DNA from: a virus
Direction: 5' to 3' (one strand)
Length of the DNA: 64,000 nucleotides
IMG/VR virus record: IMGVR_UViG_3300026484_000105
Coordinates: 32,001 to 96,000 of that record
Part shown: piece by piece, positions 22,601 to 30,655 of the stretch
Numbering within the stretch: position 1 is the stretch's first letter
How the letters are laid out: each line of letters starts with the position of its first letter
Made by a program: the position numbers and the translations under genes
The notes under the pieces: generated by a model
Told to the model about the DNA's origin: nothing
The model's database searches: none
Seen by the model: only the letters and a program-made list of their open reading frames with translations

Positions 22601-24112
22601 ATGGGAATGCTTAATGCGTCATCTTGGGTATTAGGTAGCATTATAGACGAGGTTAGCAATATACCAGACGGTCCTAACTTTACAATTAAGCTTAATGAGT
22701 TAGATAAGGATATGATTGATGTTGCGTCTTCTACCTTGGCTAGATATCCTAAAATAGATCTTAAAGCCATATTTAAGACAGGTAGAGTACAAAAGCTACC
22801 TAAACCAATTATAGAGAAAGAAGAAGTAAAAGAAAAAACTAGCGTATTTGATAAAGGATTAAATCTTTTAAATAAGGCTAAGAATAAAATAACTTCATTC
22901 TTTGGTTTCAATTCAGATAAGAAGAAAGAAGCAACAAAAGATATTATATCTAATAATAAAAATAAGAAAGTAGGGACTGTAGCTAAAATAGATAAGTTAC
23001 CAGTTAATACAGGTGATTTAGTTAGTGACCTTAAAAGGGATGAGGGCGTAGTTCTACATACATATAAAGATAGTCTAGGTTTAAAAACCATAGGTACTGG
23101 TCACTTAGTAGATAAAAAAGGTGGTATTCCTTTACGTAAGATAATTGGTGAAGACAAAGATAAAATATCTATGGAGGAAAATGATTATATTTTACAATAT
23201 GATATAGGTCAAGTTAGTAAAGATTTATATTCTAGGTTACCATGGCTTAAAGATAAGCCAGATAATGTACAGAAGTCATTAGTTAATATGGCCTTTAATC
23301 TTGGCGTTGACGGGTTACTTAAATTTAAAAATACTTTAAAAAGTATAAAGAATGATGAGTACACGAATGCTTCTAGAGGAATGCTTAATAGTAAATGGGC
23401 TAGACAAGTTGGTAACAGAGCTACTAGATTAGCTAGTATAGTTGCGTCTACAGAGTATGATTCTAACAGTACATCTAAGACTGAGAATAAAACAGATAGT
23501 TCAGTTGCAAGTAAACCATCTATGAAATTAGCATCCAAAGTAAAAGATGTTGTGAGTCCTAGTAATAATGTTACTTATAATAAAGCTGGAACAACTACCG
23601 TAAGATTTAATGGTAAAGATTTAAAATTAACTAAACAGCAAGCATCTGTTTTAAGTAATTTTAAGGCAAACGGTAAAACACAGGATGCTCTTAGTCTATT
23701 ATCAAATATATCTAATGGACATAAAACAGATAGTCTAGTTAGTGTAGATAAAGATACTAATAAACAAAGAATATCTAAGACGTTAGCTATGAATAGTGAT
23801 ACTAATAAGGTAATGTCTGTTGAAAGCAATAAAACACTTAGTGCTGTTGCAGAACATGGTGCAATACAAACAGATGAACTAAAAGCACTTAATACCACAA
23901 TGAAGACATCTCTTGAAATACAAAAAGAGACACTTAATGTAATTAGAGAGATGGTTGGTCATACTGGTAAGATAGTTGAACATAATAAAGATAGTACTGC
24001 AGAGGGTGGTAGTGGTCAGAAAGAACACGAGCATCCAAATAAAGCAGTGCCAGCAATAGAAAAAGAAGTACCACAACCAGGTATCTTTTTAGAGAAAAGA
24101 AAATACGCATAA
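16637..24112 (+). CDS. Giant tail/tape-measure-like virion protein with peptidoglycan hydrolase (phiKZ gp181-like); GH24 T4-type lysozyme domain near the C-terminus
   Basis: 2491 aa, divergent from beta'. N-terminal YRKSLELQYR and ALPDLVK motifs. Lysozyme DEGVVLHTYKDSLGLKTIGTGHL...LVNMAFNLG...SKWARQVGNRA (E-x8-D-x5-T) at ~23020-23435. Confidence 0.88.
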   Translation: MAAVDDIDLDDMDFEDDDMDFGFDDPFSEPPPPKDTREAVSRTINKVGSSFMDDFTDDKAETAAAFVKESIPSKISVEANNIINVGESFKKDILKSSSEVAEATKPMLKAIEGLVPKGGKIETLVNLAKEKLGMNDEHRTSEDVAADAAAMATSSVVNVLGEMQDRDTIRETITASIADKKTQSQLDLSAIQAGHLEAISNFNIDVTNSFYRKSLELQYRHLFTTTEQLDVTKQGFETFKNQLESIVANSALPDLVKTRNSEFMKHRLLERAGESLFARTGVFDNIKKRLSNEVQGVTSVLTSGITSLGDAADMVKSTSEMSAMAGGTEGMVGGLLAGGVRGLVGTKVGDILGKTKVGKKGIELVRNFNLDPSEALKDMADNRPDGVFKNILETLGDFTENKDAEASYSINKVDRDNVSVFDGRAHTSLTKIIPGLLSKILKEVSSSRTGKEEDELRYDYDTGTFKTTSSLKNEITEKIQNDLVSSGVNRNVEGIITTIVEETNLNVDDDEIAEIKQALLSYVIKGKRLLVNKLEEDGLYDELDPKLSKKFKKAITDFTETKDDDLNYKRVRHLNNELGYIKDRAPSPQELLNKYSDAGSIDLLKDAGIVELDSVTGEYKLDNASYKTHMTTAIKTAKDKDQEEEEEPKTIAEKLAEKYIKKKKKDVDSITQEEEEEAPINKGFINRAKGKVSSFGGTIEQDIINTIDGKHDIGGKAKRFAKEANKYVTGKEDLSGYKFSTESNLKNNLAPQTKRRSLLGDFKTVKTELSEIHSVDDALNKARNIDNFKDTESKIKAINDLVSSSKDPKDFIEKIKETDDYKKLSTDIKNHIDKLESKVPTVKTEAKKFVEDRVSDLKDNSHYKNIVESDIVKDSKAKAKTLVKTVKDSKIVSDIKDSELANKVTTDITLLKDRVSKLTELTDLNNIVTELWTKASEHYDYLETLEDTKSNRAKKKELYRYIRFLENIRLDKLDPKDAKLKVSKATVKLGKILLTKTAETFTETSKDKVSKIITSSKDKIEEIKDIDVSKVKDIKVSDATQYAMDTVVTAKVKSKQLKDDFKKTELYKSAEDKYKTVESSISSKIDKTITVTKKAEILSEVDNVLLDNIIKVQKSNVDEVLKKERISKLNESRQKIKAADVSKLRPKDLTRLVSDSLSPLKDIITADIKTKALDAKDNISSKKDEFISKVQDKVPALKTTGNFSEQLTTAKTYTLDKVDTVKDTTTNILPAIPNPNSFSINDIKLKIVGFLDKSFKELEKVEDYLNKNPDEAKDNSDKVNKIRKNLATLRNTNPEDKETVSTLTKTIKEDIESLVDKILPSEKLSKTYSAEDIEKERAKDRAKEKESTENSLLDIINSDDPLGTLKNKLKRAATSRIKSTATGAVKAAFNFIKRDAERGKRLRSYLKKKLFNKKKTGPGILHRSLNKVLNATGKVITTVGTTGANVVKADIDNGEKLRDKLKNLFNKKRNTETIKEDVPANRIDYKEEKKNGPGIVGSANKVNSAFDRDGSGHRDGSWLDRLKKKKDVLKNKNKTFLAKAKDSSFSWLPILLGAFSFIKPLLSKLVSGIKNLGSFIVKGIGKAFKSVGSFLLNGIKGIFGSLGKMLAGPLNAVKDVASKGLDKTKELASKAADKVKGIGAAVYNKAKTFGSKVINGMKNTKGGKLIANGIKTTKDAITSVGSKAISTLENSRVGKATTKLVGKAVEKVPTKSILNLLKSFKSTIFKKLGKRAGSKVAAKLAAKTAARVIPFAGTALLAYDAAKIGYDMFHNGTSLKSAISKQILGFDLFGDEAAKDEDGNLIKPDEKGVTKSSTGDHIDTERKESNKETAKVKDGDSIKPNEKRVKRSIVKRPPVKRSSTDDYIDAERREDDKEAARIERELVNKKFTVKSRDVIVDKYGSTIRTRSKKELIANPDVDSKGANGINKVGGSPVKMGGIKNKVLPMTPINNEKFKPVSKYDILNSLAIIQKQIEVDRGKLKKRVNTNGKMGMLNASSWVLGSIIDEVSNIPDGPNFTIKLNELDKDMIDVASSTLARYPKIDLKAIFKTGRVQKLPKPIIEKEEVKEKTSVFDKGLNLLNKAKNKITSFFGFNSDKKKEATKDIISNNKNKKVGTVAKIDKLPVNTGDLVSDLKRDEGVVLHTYKDSLGLKTIGTGHLVDKKGGIPLRKIIGEDKDKISMEENDYILQYDIGQVSKDLYSRLPWLKDKPDNVQKSLVNMAFNLGVDGLLKFKNTLKSIKNDEYTNASRGMLNSKWARQVGNRATRLASIVASTEYDSNSTSKTENKTDSSVASKPSMKLASKVKDVVSPSNNVTYNKAGTTTVRFNGKDLKLTKQQASVLSNFKANGKTQDALSLLSNISNGHKTDSLVSVDKDTNKQRISKTLAMNSDTNKVMSVESNKTLSAVAEHGAIQTDELKALNTTMKTSLEIQKETLNVIREMVGHTGKIVEHNKDSTAEGGSGQKEHEHPNKAVPAIEKEVPQPGIFLEKRKYA

Positions 24113-24140
24113 CTAGTATAGGATAATATCCTATACTAGT
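24112..24140. terminator. Bidirectional hairpin
   Basis: ACTAGTATAGGAT-AAT-ATCCTATACTAGT between convergent stops. Confidence 0.75.
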
Positions 24141-24143
24141 ATG

Positions 24144-24752
24144 TTAATATTCAACTTCAATATCAAAAGGAACTCCATCAAAAAGTTCTTTGTTTTTATC
24201 TGCTTTATTGTCAGATATTAATTTTAAGATAGCATCATCCCATTTATCTCTAGGAGTACTTTTAAACATTTTAAATAAAGACTGTATAACAAATACATAT
24301 CTAGTAGATGGGTAGTTGTATTGTGTTATTTTAGAATTCATGCCATGTATGCTGTTTTTATCAACATCAAAACTAGTAAATACAACATCATCTTTAAGCT
24401 TCATTAAACCATTAATTAATTTCTCATCACTAACGATTCTTAAATATGTTAGATGTGTTAGTATGGCAATGTAGTTAACAACTTTAACTTCTTTACTTTT
24501 AGGTATCTTATTAATATCTTTAAAAGTAAGTTTGTTTTTGGTAAGTAATCTTCTTGGATACATAGGAGTTACTATAAAATCCATAGCTGTACGCAAACAA
24601 GTTATTTTACCTATTAAAGTATTAGTCGCATTAAACGTCGCTCCAAAGGCTAATTTTCTACCGATTATACTCGGCGTACGCGCGCTTATATTAACATAAT
24701 CAGTGTCTTCTTTGCCACCCATTGGAATTTTTGGTAAATCAATAGCTTGCAT
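24144..24752 (-). CDS. Hypothetical protein (probably conserved in phiKZ-like phages)
   Basis: 202 aa; start overlaps the upstream stop (TAATG). Confidence 0.7.
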   Translation of the reverse strand: MQAIDLPKIPMGGKEDTDYVNISARTPSIIGRKLAFGATFNATNTLIGKITCLRTAMDFIVTPMYPRRLLTKNKLTFKDINKIPKSKEVKVVNYIAILTHLTYLRIVSDEKLINGLMKLKDDVVFTSFDVDKNSIHGMNSKITQYNYPSTRYVFVIQSLFKMFKSTPRDKWDDAILKLISDNKADKNKELFDGVPFDIEVEY

Positions 24753-25204
24753 TATTTTTCTCTCCCATCCATAATATCTACGATAGTTTTAATACCGTAT
24801 ATTCTAACTAACAATAAAGTAGTTATAAATACTGATACATTGCCATTTTTTAATTGCCCTACAAGAGCTGTCGGTAATGTATCTGAACTATTAACCTTTG
24901 AAATAGTAGTTATTATAGATTTAGAAAGGTTATCTAAATCAATACCACGTAACATCATTTCTAGGTGTAGTGAATTAATAAAATCAAGAACAACATCTTG
25001 CGCCTCTGCCTTTTCCGTAAGCGCATTGAGTATCTCATTTATCGCTGTTTTAGTAAAGAAGGTATTTATGTTTACCTTATTTAAAAAGTTCATAAAGTTA
25101 AACAGAATAGTTAAGTCATCTATATTTAATGTAAAATTATCTATAGTTGATTTTACGCTCTCAGTTATTACGTCTTTAATATCGTTATTTCTCATTCTCA
25201 TCAT
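24752..25204 (-). CDS. Hypothetical protein
   Basis: 150 aa; overlaps its neighbours in an operon-like way. Confidence 0.65.
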   Translation of the reverse strand: MMRMRNNDIKDVITESVKSTIDNFTLNIDDLTILFNFMNFLNKVNINTFFTKTAINEILNALTEKAEAQDVVLDFINSLHLEMMLRGIDLDNLSKSIITTISKVNSSDTLPTALVGQLKNGNVSVFITTLLLVRIYGIKTIVDIMDGREK

Positions 25205-25898
25205 CCTTCATCGCAGAAACAGTATGCACGCTTATTGTTCTATTTGCATTTAAAATTTCTACAGTTAATCTTATTTTTCTAACTAGAAGTATATTAAAAG
25301 TTAAATCCATATATGTCTTCCATGTTATCTCTTTAGCAATAAGAGAACTATTTAGCGAAGATCTAGGTTTGCTCTTTAGATTAGTATTCTTAGATATTAT
25401 TTCTAAGTGGTTTTCTACTAATTCCTTAGTTTGTTTATTTAAACCTAAATCCGTTAAACACTCTTTTAATAATGCACCTAATATTGAATTTTCCTTTTCC
25501 ATATATAGTCTATCAGTTTTTTCAATAAGTAATATATGCAACGATTCATTTTTATCATCTACATTCTTAAGTTTAAACTTTTTGATCATATCTTCTGTAT
25601 GCGTCAAAGTTATCATTACCTTAAGTTTTCTAACTCTTAATAAATTAAATGTTAGGTCTATAAACGTTTTCCATGTTATCTCGTTAGCGGTTATATTATT
25701 TATTAAAGAAGACCTAGTCTTCCTTTTCTGTATCTTTATATCTTTATCATTAGCATTTTTTATATATCTGTTAATGAGAAATTCTATTTTATTTATAAGA
25801 TTAAGCTCCATAAGTATTCTATGGAACAATTTGCCTAAAATTGAATTTTCTTTACTATTGGAAACATTACTGTCAATTTTACTCAACTTACCTTTCAT
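25185..25898 (-). CDS. Hypothetical protein made of two tandem copies of a ~100-aa domain
   Basis: KENSILG...RSSL...EITWKT(F/Y)xDLTFN(L/I)LxVRK occurs twice; AGGAG SD. Confidence 0.75.
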   Translation of the reverse strand: MKGKLSKIDSNVSNSKENSILGKLFHRILMELNLINKIEFLINRYIKNANDKDIKIQKRKTRSSLINNITANEITWKTFIDLTFNLLRVRKLKVMITLTHTEDMIKKFKLKNVDDKNESLHILLIEKTDRLYMEKENSILGALLKECLTDLGLNKQTKELVENHLEIISKNTNLKSKPRSSLNSSLIAKEITWKTYMDLTFNILLVRKIRLTVEILNANRTISVHTVSAMKDDENEK

Positions 25899-25974
25899 GT
25901 GTTTCTCCTATACCTACTCTACTTAAGGTAACTTCTTTTTTTGTTTTTTAAGTTTATGCTTTCTTTTTACATTA

Positions 25975-26484
25975 CTATTCCTTTTCTATTTGATTTTCAA
26001 TAAGTACATCTACGATGTCTTCTATATTAATAATATATGGTCTTAATTTAATCGAGATACCATATTCTTTTGTTCTAGACATATCTTTAGTTAAATACTC
26101 ATATCGCTTAGCTAGTTCTAATGCAGTGGATGAATACTTCTTCCATAAATTTTCAGGTTCAGTAATTATCTTCATAGACGAATCTGTAAACCATAAGTTA
26201 AATCTTAAATCTTTTATAGAGTTTTCAGTTACCCTTTTTATATTTACAGAATCATTATCAAGTCCTTTTATAATATCATTCATAACATCTATGTAATCAA
26301 ATACATTTAATTCTAGACTTCTAATCCTAAGACTATTATAGTTATCTGAATAGGGTTCTATCTTAATGTTTCTATCAATACATTTTAATTTATCTATTAG
26401 AGTTTTACAATTATAACATTCTTTATAATAAAATATTTTCTTAAATATATTTAACAAAACTACTCCTTTAATATTTTTAATCAA
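25975..26484 (-). CDS. Hypothetical protein
   Basis: 169-aa ORF; the true start may be ~8 codons in, after AAGGAG. Confidence 0.65.
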   Translation of the reverse strand: MIKNIKGVVLLNIFKKIFYYKECYNCKTLIDKLKCIDRNIKIEPYSDNYNSLRIRSLELNVFDYIDVMNDIIKGLDNDSVNIKRVTENSIKDLRFNLWFTDSSMKIITEPENLWKKYSSTALELAKRYEYLTKDMSRTKEYGISIKLRPYIINIEDIVDVLIENQIEKE

Positions 26485-26543
26485 ACATTAGTAAATCTTA
26501 TAAATGATATTTTAATGATATTACTATTTAAAAGGGATAAGCT

Positions 26544-26954
26544 ATGGCAGAACAAAATAACGGTATGTTTAATAGTGCTGATTTAGCAGTATTTAAGAAA
26601 ACCAATGATTTAAGATTAAAACTAATAGACAGCATGACTGAAGACGATGTACCTACTAGAAGTGGAGACATCCGTGTTCTTAACGAAACATTAGATGCTG
26701 CAGATAGACAAGTTATGGAGCTTGCTAAGATTAAAGTTAAACAGCAAGAGAATGAAGGCAATGCTAGAACACTTAACATGGTCGCAGAGATTCTGGGTAG
26801 AGTTAGTGCAAGTGGCGATATTAAACCTATATCTAATAAAGAGATAGAGTTGCCAGATGACTATATACCAGTCGATATAGTTCCAGGTGAAACAGATACG
26901 TCTCCAGAAGAACTAGATTTAAGTACATTTATAAAGGAAGATGATGAACAGTAG
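26544..26954 (+). CDS. Conserved hypothetical protein
   Basis: 136 aa with an SD; first gene of a plus-strand operon; C-terminal DIVPGET motif. Confidence 0.7.
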   Translation: MAEQNNGMFNSADLAVFKKTNDLRLKLIDSMTEDDVPTRSGDIRVLNETLDAADRQVMELAKIKVKQQENEGNARTLNMVAEILGRVSASGDIKPISNKEIELPDDYIPVDIVPGETDTSPEELDLSTFIKEDDEQ

Positions 26955-27771
26955 TATAAGAACTATATATGGGGTAGATTTGTCGTTAGCTAACCTTAAG
27001 GGTACAGTTTATAAACCTTTACCAAATACAACATTAAATGAAAAATTTAATATAGAAGTTAGGATACCAAATGAGAAAACGGGTAATCCTACATTAAAAG
27101 GTTTTTGTATAGGTAATGGTAATACGCCTACATTGGGTAAAAATGAAGATGGTATTTTATTCTATGGAAGATATAATGCGAATGATGGGGCTCTTCACTC
27201 ACATATTCCTTTTATAGTAAGGGAGTTAAGGTACGACTTAAGTTCTATTGATAAGAGTAAATATAGATTAAGAAAAGAGATAGTTAAAGATGGCGTTAAG
27301 TATGTGGCTTATTATATGAAAGTTATAGAACCAGTAGATAGAAAGAGTCAGATACTTGAAATAGCCGTAGCAAATGATGGTACATATGGCATTAGTAACT
27401 ACAACACTAACGATGCTTCTATCCTAAATCCAACCGAAATCGAAACAGAGCAAATAAGTAAGTCGGTAACGAATAAATATATAGTTATATCTGACCAGAT
27501 AGGTTTAACTCTAAATAAAGACGAATTGGATGAAATTAGAAAGGGTATGAAAACATTAGGTCTCGATACATTAAGTAACAAAATAAATGAGTTAGCTGTA
27601 TGTACTGGACTTGATGGTATTGATGTAGTCAATCATATGGAAGAATCATTCTGTACCCAAATATTTATATTTGCTGATTTGCCGTATGAAGTTGATTTAG
27701 AGCTTATAGAAGATAAGGGTTTCTATAGGGAGATAGAGATTGGTGGGATGGAACCTATATCTATAAGATGA
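26941..27771 (+). CDS. phiKZ-like virion structural protein
   Basis: NTTLNEKFNI, FCIGNG, HIPFIVR, YRLRK and YVAYYMK motifs, recalled from phiKZ-like structural proteins. Confidence 0.7.
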   Translation: MMNSSIRTIYGVDLSLANLKGTVYKPLPNTTLNEKFNIEVRIPNEKTGNPTLKGFCIGNGNTPTLGKNEDGILFYGRYNANDGALHSHIPFIVRELRYDLSSIDKSKYRLRKEIVKDGVKYVAYYMKVIEPVDRKSQILEIAVANDGTYGISNYNTNDASILNPTEIETEQISKSVTNKYIVISDQIGLTLNKDELDEIRKGMKTLGLDTLSNKINELAVCTGLDGIDVVNHMEESFCTQIFIFADLPYEVDLELIEDKGFYREIEIGGMEPISIR

Positions 27772-27813
27772 TGTTGGGGTCTATCACCTAACATTATTAA
27801 TATAGTCTATTTA

Positions 27814-28434
27814 ATGAATAACTTAAAAAGAGAGTACAAGATGTTAAGAAACATTAAAGAAATAGTACCAGATAATTTTGTGGATACAGTAAATATATTA
27901 GCCATAGATCCAGGTACTACAACTGTAGGCGTGTCAGTATTTACTATAAATGTAATAACGTTTGAGCTTTTAAATGTGGAGACTATCTTAATTGATACAA
28001 GTATAAGGTTTGAACCAAGGGATTTAACAAAAGATCTTTTAATAAGATTAAATACTTTGTATAATAGAATGAAAGAACTAATAGCCTATTATGATCCACA
28101 TTTAGTAAGTGTAGAAAATGGTTTCATAAATAGACTTAGACCAGCTGCATACGGTCCATTATCACAGTCTATTATGGCTATAGAGTTAGCCGCTATGGAC
28201 GTCAATCCGTTTATAAAGATATTTAAATTTGCACCTAAAACTATAAAGAAAGTCACTACTGCTGGCGGTGCTGCTGGTAAGGTAGATATGTTGGTTGGTG
28301 TTAAAAATATAAATGAGATAACGAGATATATAAATCCAGATTTAATTAGTGAGCATGAGGTAGATAGTATAGCTGTTAATTATACTATGTTACAGTATTT
28401 AAGAGAGAATCCTATAATACTTTTAATTCTATAA
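27814..28434 (+). CDS. ruvC: RuvC-like Holliday junction resolvase
   Basis: ILAIDPGTTTVG, VSVENGF, PKTIKK, GK and HEVDSIAV (D/E/D catalytic set). The start may be 27841. Confidence 0.85.
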   Translation: MNNLKREYKMLRNIKEIVPDNFVDTVNILAIDPGTTTVGVSVFTINVITFELLNVETILIDTSIRFEPRDLTKDLLIRLNTLYNRMKELIAYYDPHLVSVENGFINRLRPAAYGPLSQSIMAIELAAMDVNPFIKIFKFAPKTIKKVTTAGGAAGKVDMLVGVKNINEITRYINPDLISEHEVDSIAVNYTMLQYLRENPIILLIL

Positions 28435-28446
28435 AAAAGGAAAACA

Positions 28447-28941
28447 ATGATAAATTTAGCAATGTTAAAAAATAACAAATGGATAATGATTGGGTTAGTG
28501 CTAATACTTATGATATTAATTTATTTGATTATAGGTAAAGTGGATAACTTATTACATCCAAATTTAGATAAACAAATGGCAAGACAACATGTGGCTGATA
28601 AGGTTATTATAAACGAAGTTGTTAAGAAAAATAAAGAGTTACACGAAATAGTTGTAAAGGATAAAAAAGCTAGCGAGTTAACGATAGGAGTTACTAATAA
28701 GTATACTGATGAAAAGGTAAAAAAGGATAGTAAGGTTGATAAGAAAACATCTGATTTAAATATGAAACAAAAAATATTAGAAAACAAATCAAATGTTAGG
28801 GATTTGCCGTTAGGTAATGATAAGCGTACGTTGGCACAGAAGATACTGGATGACAATGATTACCAAAGAAGATTGGAAATTGAGTCTGCCAAAGTAAATA
28901 TAAGCGCCATATACGCAGTATATGCTATTGTAAAAGAGTAA
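28447..28941 (+). CDS. Putative i-spanin (Rz-like)
   Basis: Single N-terminal TM followed by a coiled-coil-like periplasmic region; directly upstream of a lipoprotein gene. Confidence 0.65.
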   Translation: MINLAMLKNNKWIMIGLVLILMILIYLIIGKVDNLLHPNLDKQMARQHVADKVIINEVVKKNKELHEIVVKDKKASELTIGVTNKYTDEKVKKDSKVDKKTSDLNMKQKILENKSNVRDLPLGNDKRTLAQKILDDNDYQRRLEIESAKVNISAIYAVYAIVKE

Positions 28942-29280
28942 ATGATGTTAAAATATATTATGATTGGTATAATGACTATTTTCTTAACTGGTTGTCTTGG
29001 TACTCCTGAACCAGTAATACAAACTAAGATAGTCTATGTAGATAAAAAGATATTGGTTAGTCCTCCAAAACATTTGTTGGAGTCGGTAGATATTCCAAAA
29101 CCGCCAAATAAGGAAGTATTTATACATACAGATAATGTTACAAGATTGAACATGATTAGTAAATATACGATAAGTTTATTGAAAGCACTTGGTGATAGTA
29201 ATGCCAAAATAAAAGCCATACATGATTGGAGTTCAAGTATGGATAAAGTTTATAACGACAAGGAAGATTATCATAAGTAA
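28942..29280 (+). CDS. Putative o-spanin lipoprotein (Rz1-like)
   Basis: Signal peptide with lipobox FLTGC; Pro-rich segment (SPPKHLL..IPKPP). Confidence 0.75.
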   Translation: MMLKYIMIGIMTIFLTGCLGTPEPVIQTKIVYVDKKILVSPPKHLLESVDIPKPPNKEVFIHTDNVTRLNMISKYTISLLKALGDSNAKIKAIHDWSSSMDKVYNDKEDYHK

Positions 29281-29300
29281 CATTAATGTTACTTATGATA
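29269..29300. terminator. 32-bp perfect palindrome between convergent genes
   Basis: TATCATAAGTAACATT/AATGTTACTTATGATA with no spacer. Confidence 0.7.
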
Positions 29301-29306
29301 TGTCTT

Positions 29307-30071
29307 TTAACATGGATCAGGTGGACTGGTTTTACTTCCGATTGACTCTGGGTGTACGTGAGTATGTCCTATGTCCCTATCATTATGCTTAATGCAAGAA
29401 CCGAATATATGGAATTGCGGTACATTGAATGTAGCCTTTGGAGCATTAAGTACAACCTCTTTCTTAAAGTTGGCAGTTAAAGTATCCTTAGCACTGTCAA
29501 ATACAATACTGTTACCTCTACCATCTTCCATCTTTATATTGCCTGCTTTGGTATCAATACTTATATCATATGTGGTTAACTCACCATCATTATCAGATGT
29601 ATGTAACTGTACTTTTTTATTAATTGTATCTATTAAAGTCCAGTACGTGTTATTATCATGTAGGTCTTCCTTAAATACACCAGTATTACTATAGTAATTC
29701 TTAACCTTCTCTTGTCTTCTCAGATCGAATTCATTATACATAGTTGTCCAGAAGAATTCATCCGTATCTGTATATCTATATATTTGGACCTGCTCACCTT
29801 TCTTTACATTAGGAGCATATACTCTATTACTATAAAGTAATGGTATCCATTTTGCTTTTATACTTACACCTTTCCTAAGTATAATAACTTCAGTCTCTTC
29901 ATCAACATTAACGCATGTATTTGGCAATATATCTTTATAATTTATATCACCATCTATATGGGTCATATTCTCTAATGGGAAACATTCTATAATATCATCA
30001 TCTTCTATGATATCTTTAGCTACTATAGCCACTGAGTATCTAGTAAATTTACTAGGTCCATCATACATCAA
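29307..30071 (-). CDS. Baseplate central spike (gpV/gp5-like; phiKZ gp164-like)
   Basis: OB-fold motif APNVKKGEQVQIYRY, beta-helix-like repeats and a C-terminal HxH apex (GHTHVHPE). Confidence 0.8.
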   Translation of the reverse strand: MMYDGPSKFTRYSVAIVAKDIIEDDDIIECFPLENMTHIDGDINYKDILPNTCVNVDEETEVIILRKGVSIKAKWIPLLYSNRVYAPNVKKGEQVQIYRYTDTDEFFWTTMYNEFDLRRQEKVKNYYSNTGVFKEDLHDNNTYWTLIDTINKKVQLHTSDNDGELTTYDISIDTKAGNIKMEDGRGNSIVFDSAKDTLTANFKKEVVLNAPKATFNVPQFHIFGSCIKHNDRDIGHTHVHPESIGSKTSPPDPC

Positions 30072-30116
30072 ATCTCCTTACTTTTAAAATTATCATTAAA
30101 ATGTTATGGGTAAAAA

Positions 30117-30154
30117 AGAAAAAAAGGGACTAAGTAGCAAATGGCTACTTAGTC
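30117..30154 (-). terminator. Intrinsic terminator
   Basis: GACTAAGTAGC-N5-GCTACTTAGTC followed by a U-rich run on the minus strand. Confidence 0.75.
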
Positions 30155-30493
30155 TAAGCTTATTTTCAACCCTTCACATTCCTTGTTCCATACCCTTACG
30201 AATTCATTTATGAATCCCTCAGTTGTATTAAACAACTTCATTATCTCTTCTGCATCAGCTGGCTCAACTTGTGCGATTCTATACTCTGTAATTGTAAGGA
30301 CCTCACGATTATCATCTATCTCTGTATCACACATAATGATTAAACGATCGCCTTCACTACACACTTCATCTTCTATCCAGAAATCAGGTATAGAGTAATC
30401 CCCAGTTATTTCGCCGTTATCAATTTTTCTGTTGTACGACGCGCTCTTTATAATCAGGTCTCTGATCCTTGTTAGTGATAAAATAGTTTTCAT
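30149..30493 (-). CDS. Hypothetical early protein (single-gene module)
   Basis: Likely start is MKTIL at 30493 after AAGGAG; flanked by its own promoter motif and terminator. Confidence 0.7.
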   Translation of the reverse strand: MKTILSLTRIRDLIIKSASYNRKIDNGEITGDYSIPDFWIEDEVCSEGDRLIIMCDTEIDDNREVLTITEYRIAQVEPADAEEIMKLFNTTEGFINEFVRVWNKECEGLKISLD

Positions 30494-30544
30494 AATTACT
30501 CCTTGTGTTAGAGGTACCTCTTGGATACTTAACAAAATTATGTC

Positions 30545-30597
30545 TTGATACTACCATGTATCTATCAATATAATATATAATTGAATTATATTGGAAA
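30545..30597 (-). promoter_or_regulatory. Early-type promoter motif plus leader element (copy B)
   Basis: TTTCCAATATAATTCAATTATATATTATATTGATAGATACATGGTAGTATC. Confidence 0.7.
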
Positions 30598-30655
30598 CCT
30601 ATTTTTTAGTTTTTTAAAGGTAAACAATAAAATGAATATTAATTAAGGATCTACA

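Noticed and set aside
16537-24076. Numerous antisense ORFs over the giant tail gene (and similar shadows over other long genes)
   Set aside because: Ser/Leu/Phe-rich mirror translations expected from biased codon usage; no SD or recognisable motifs.
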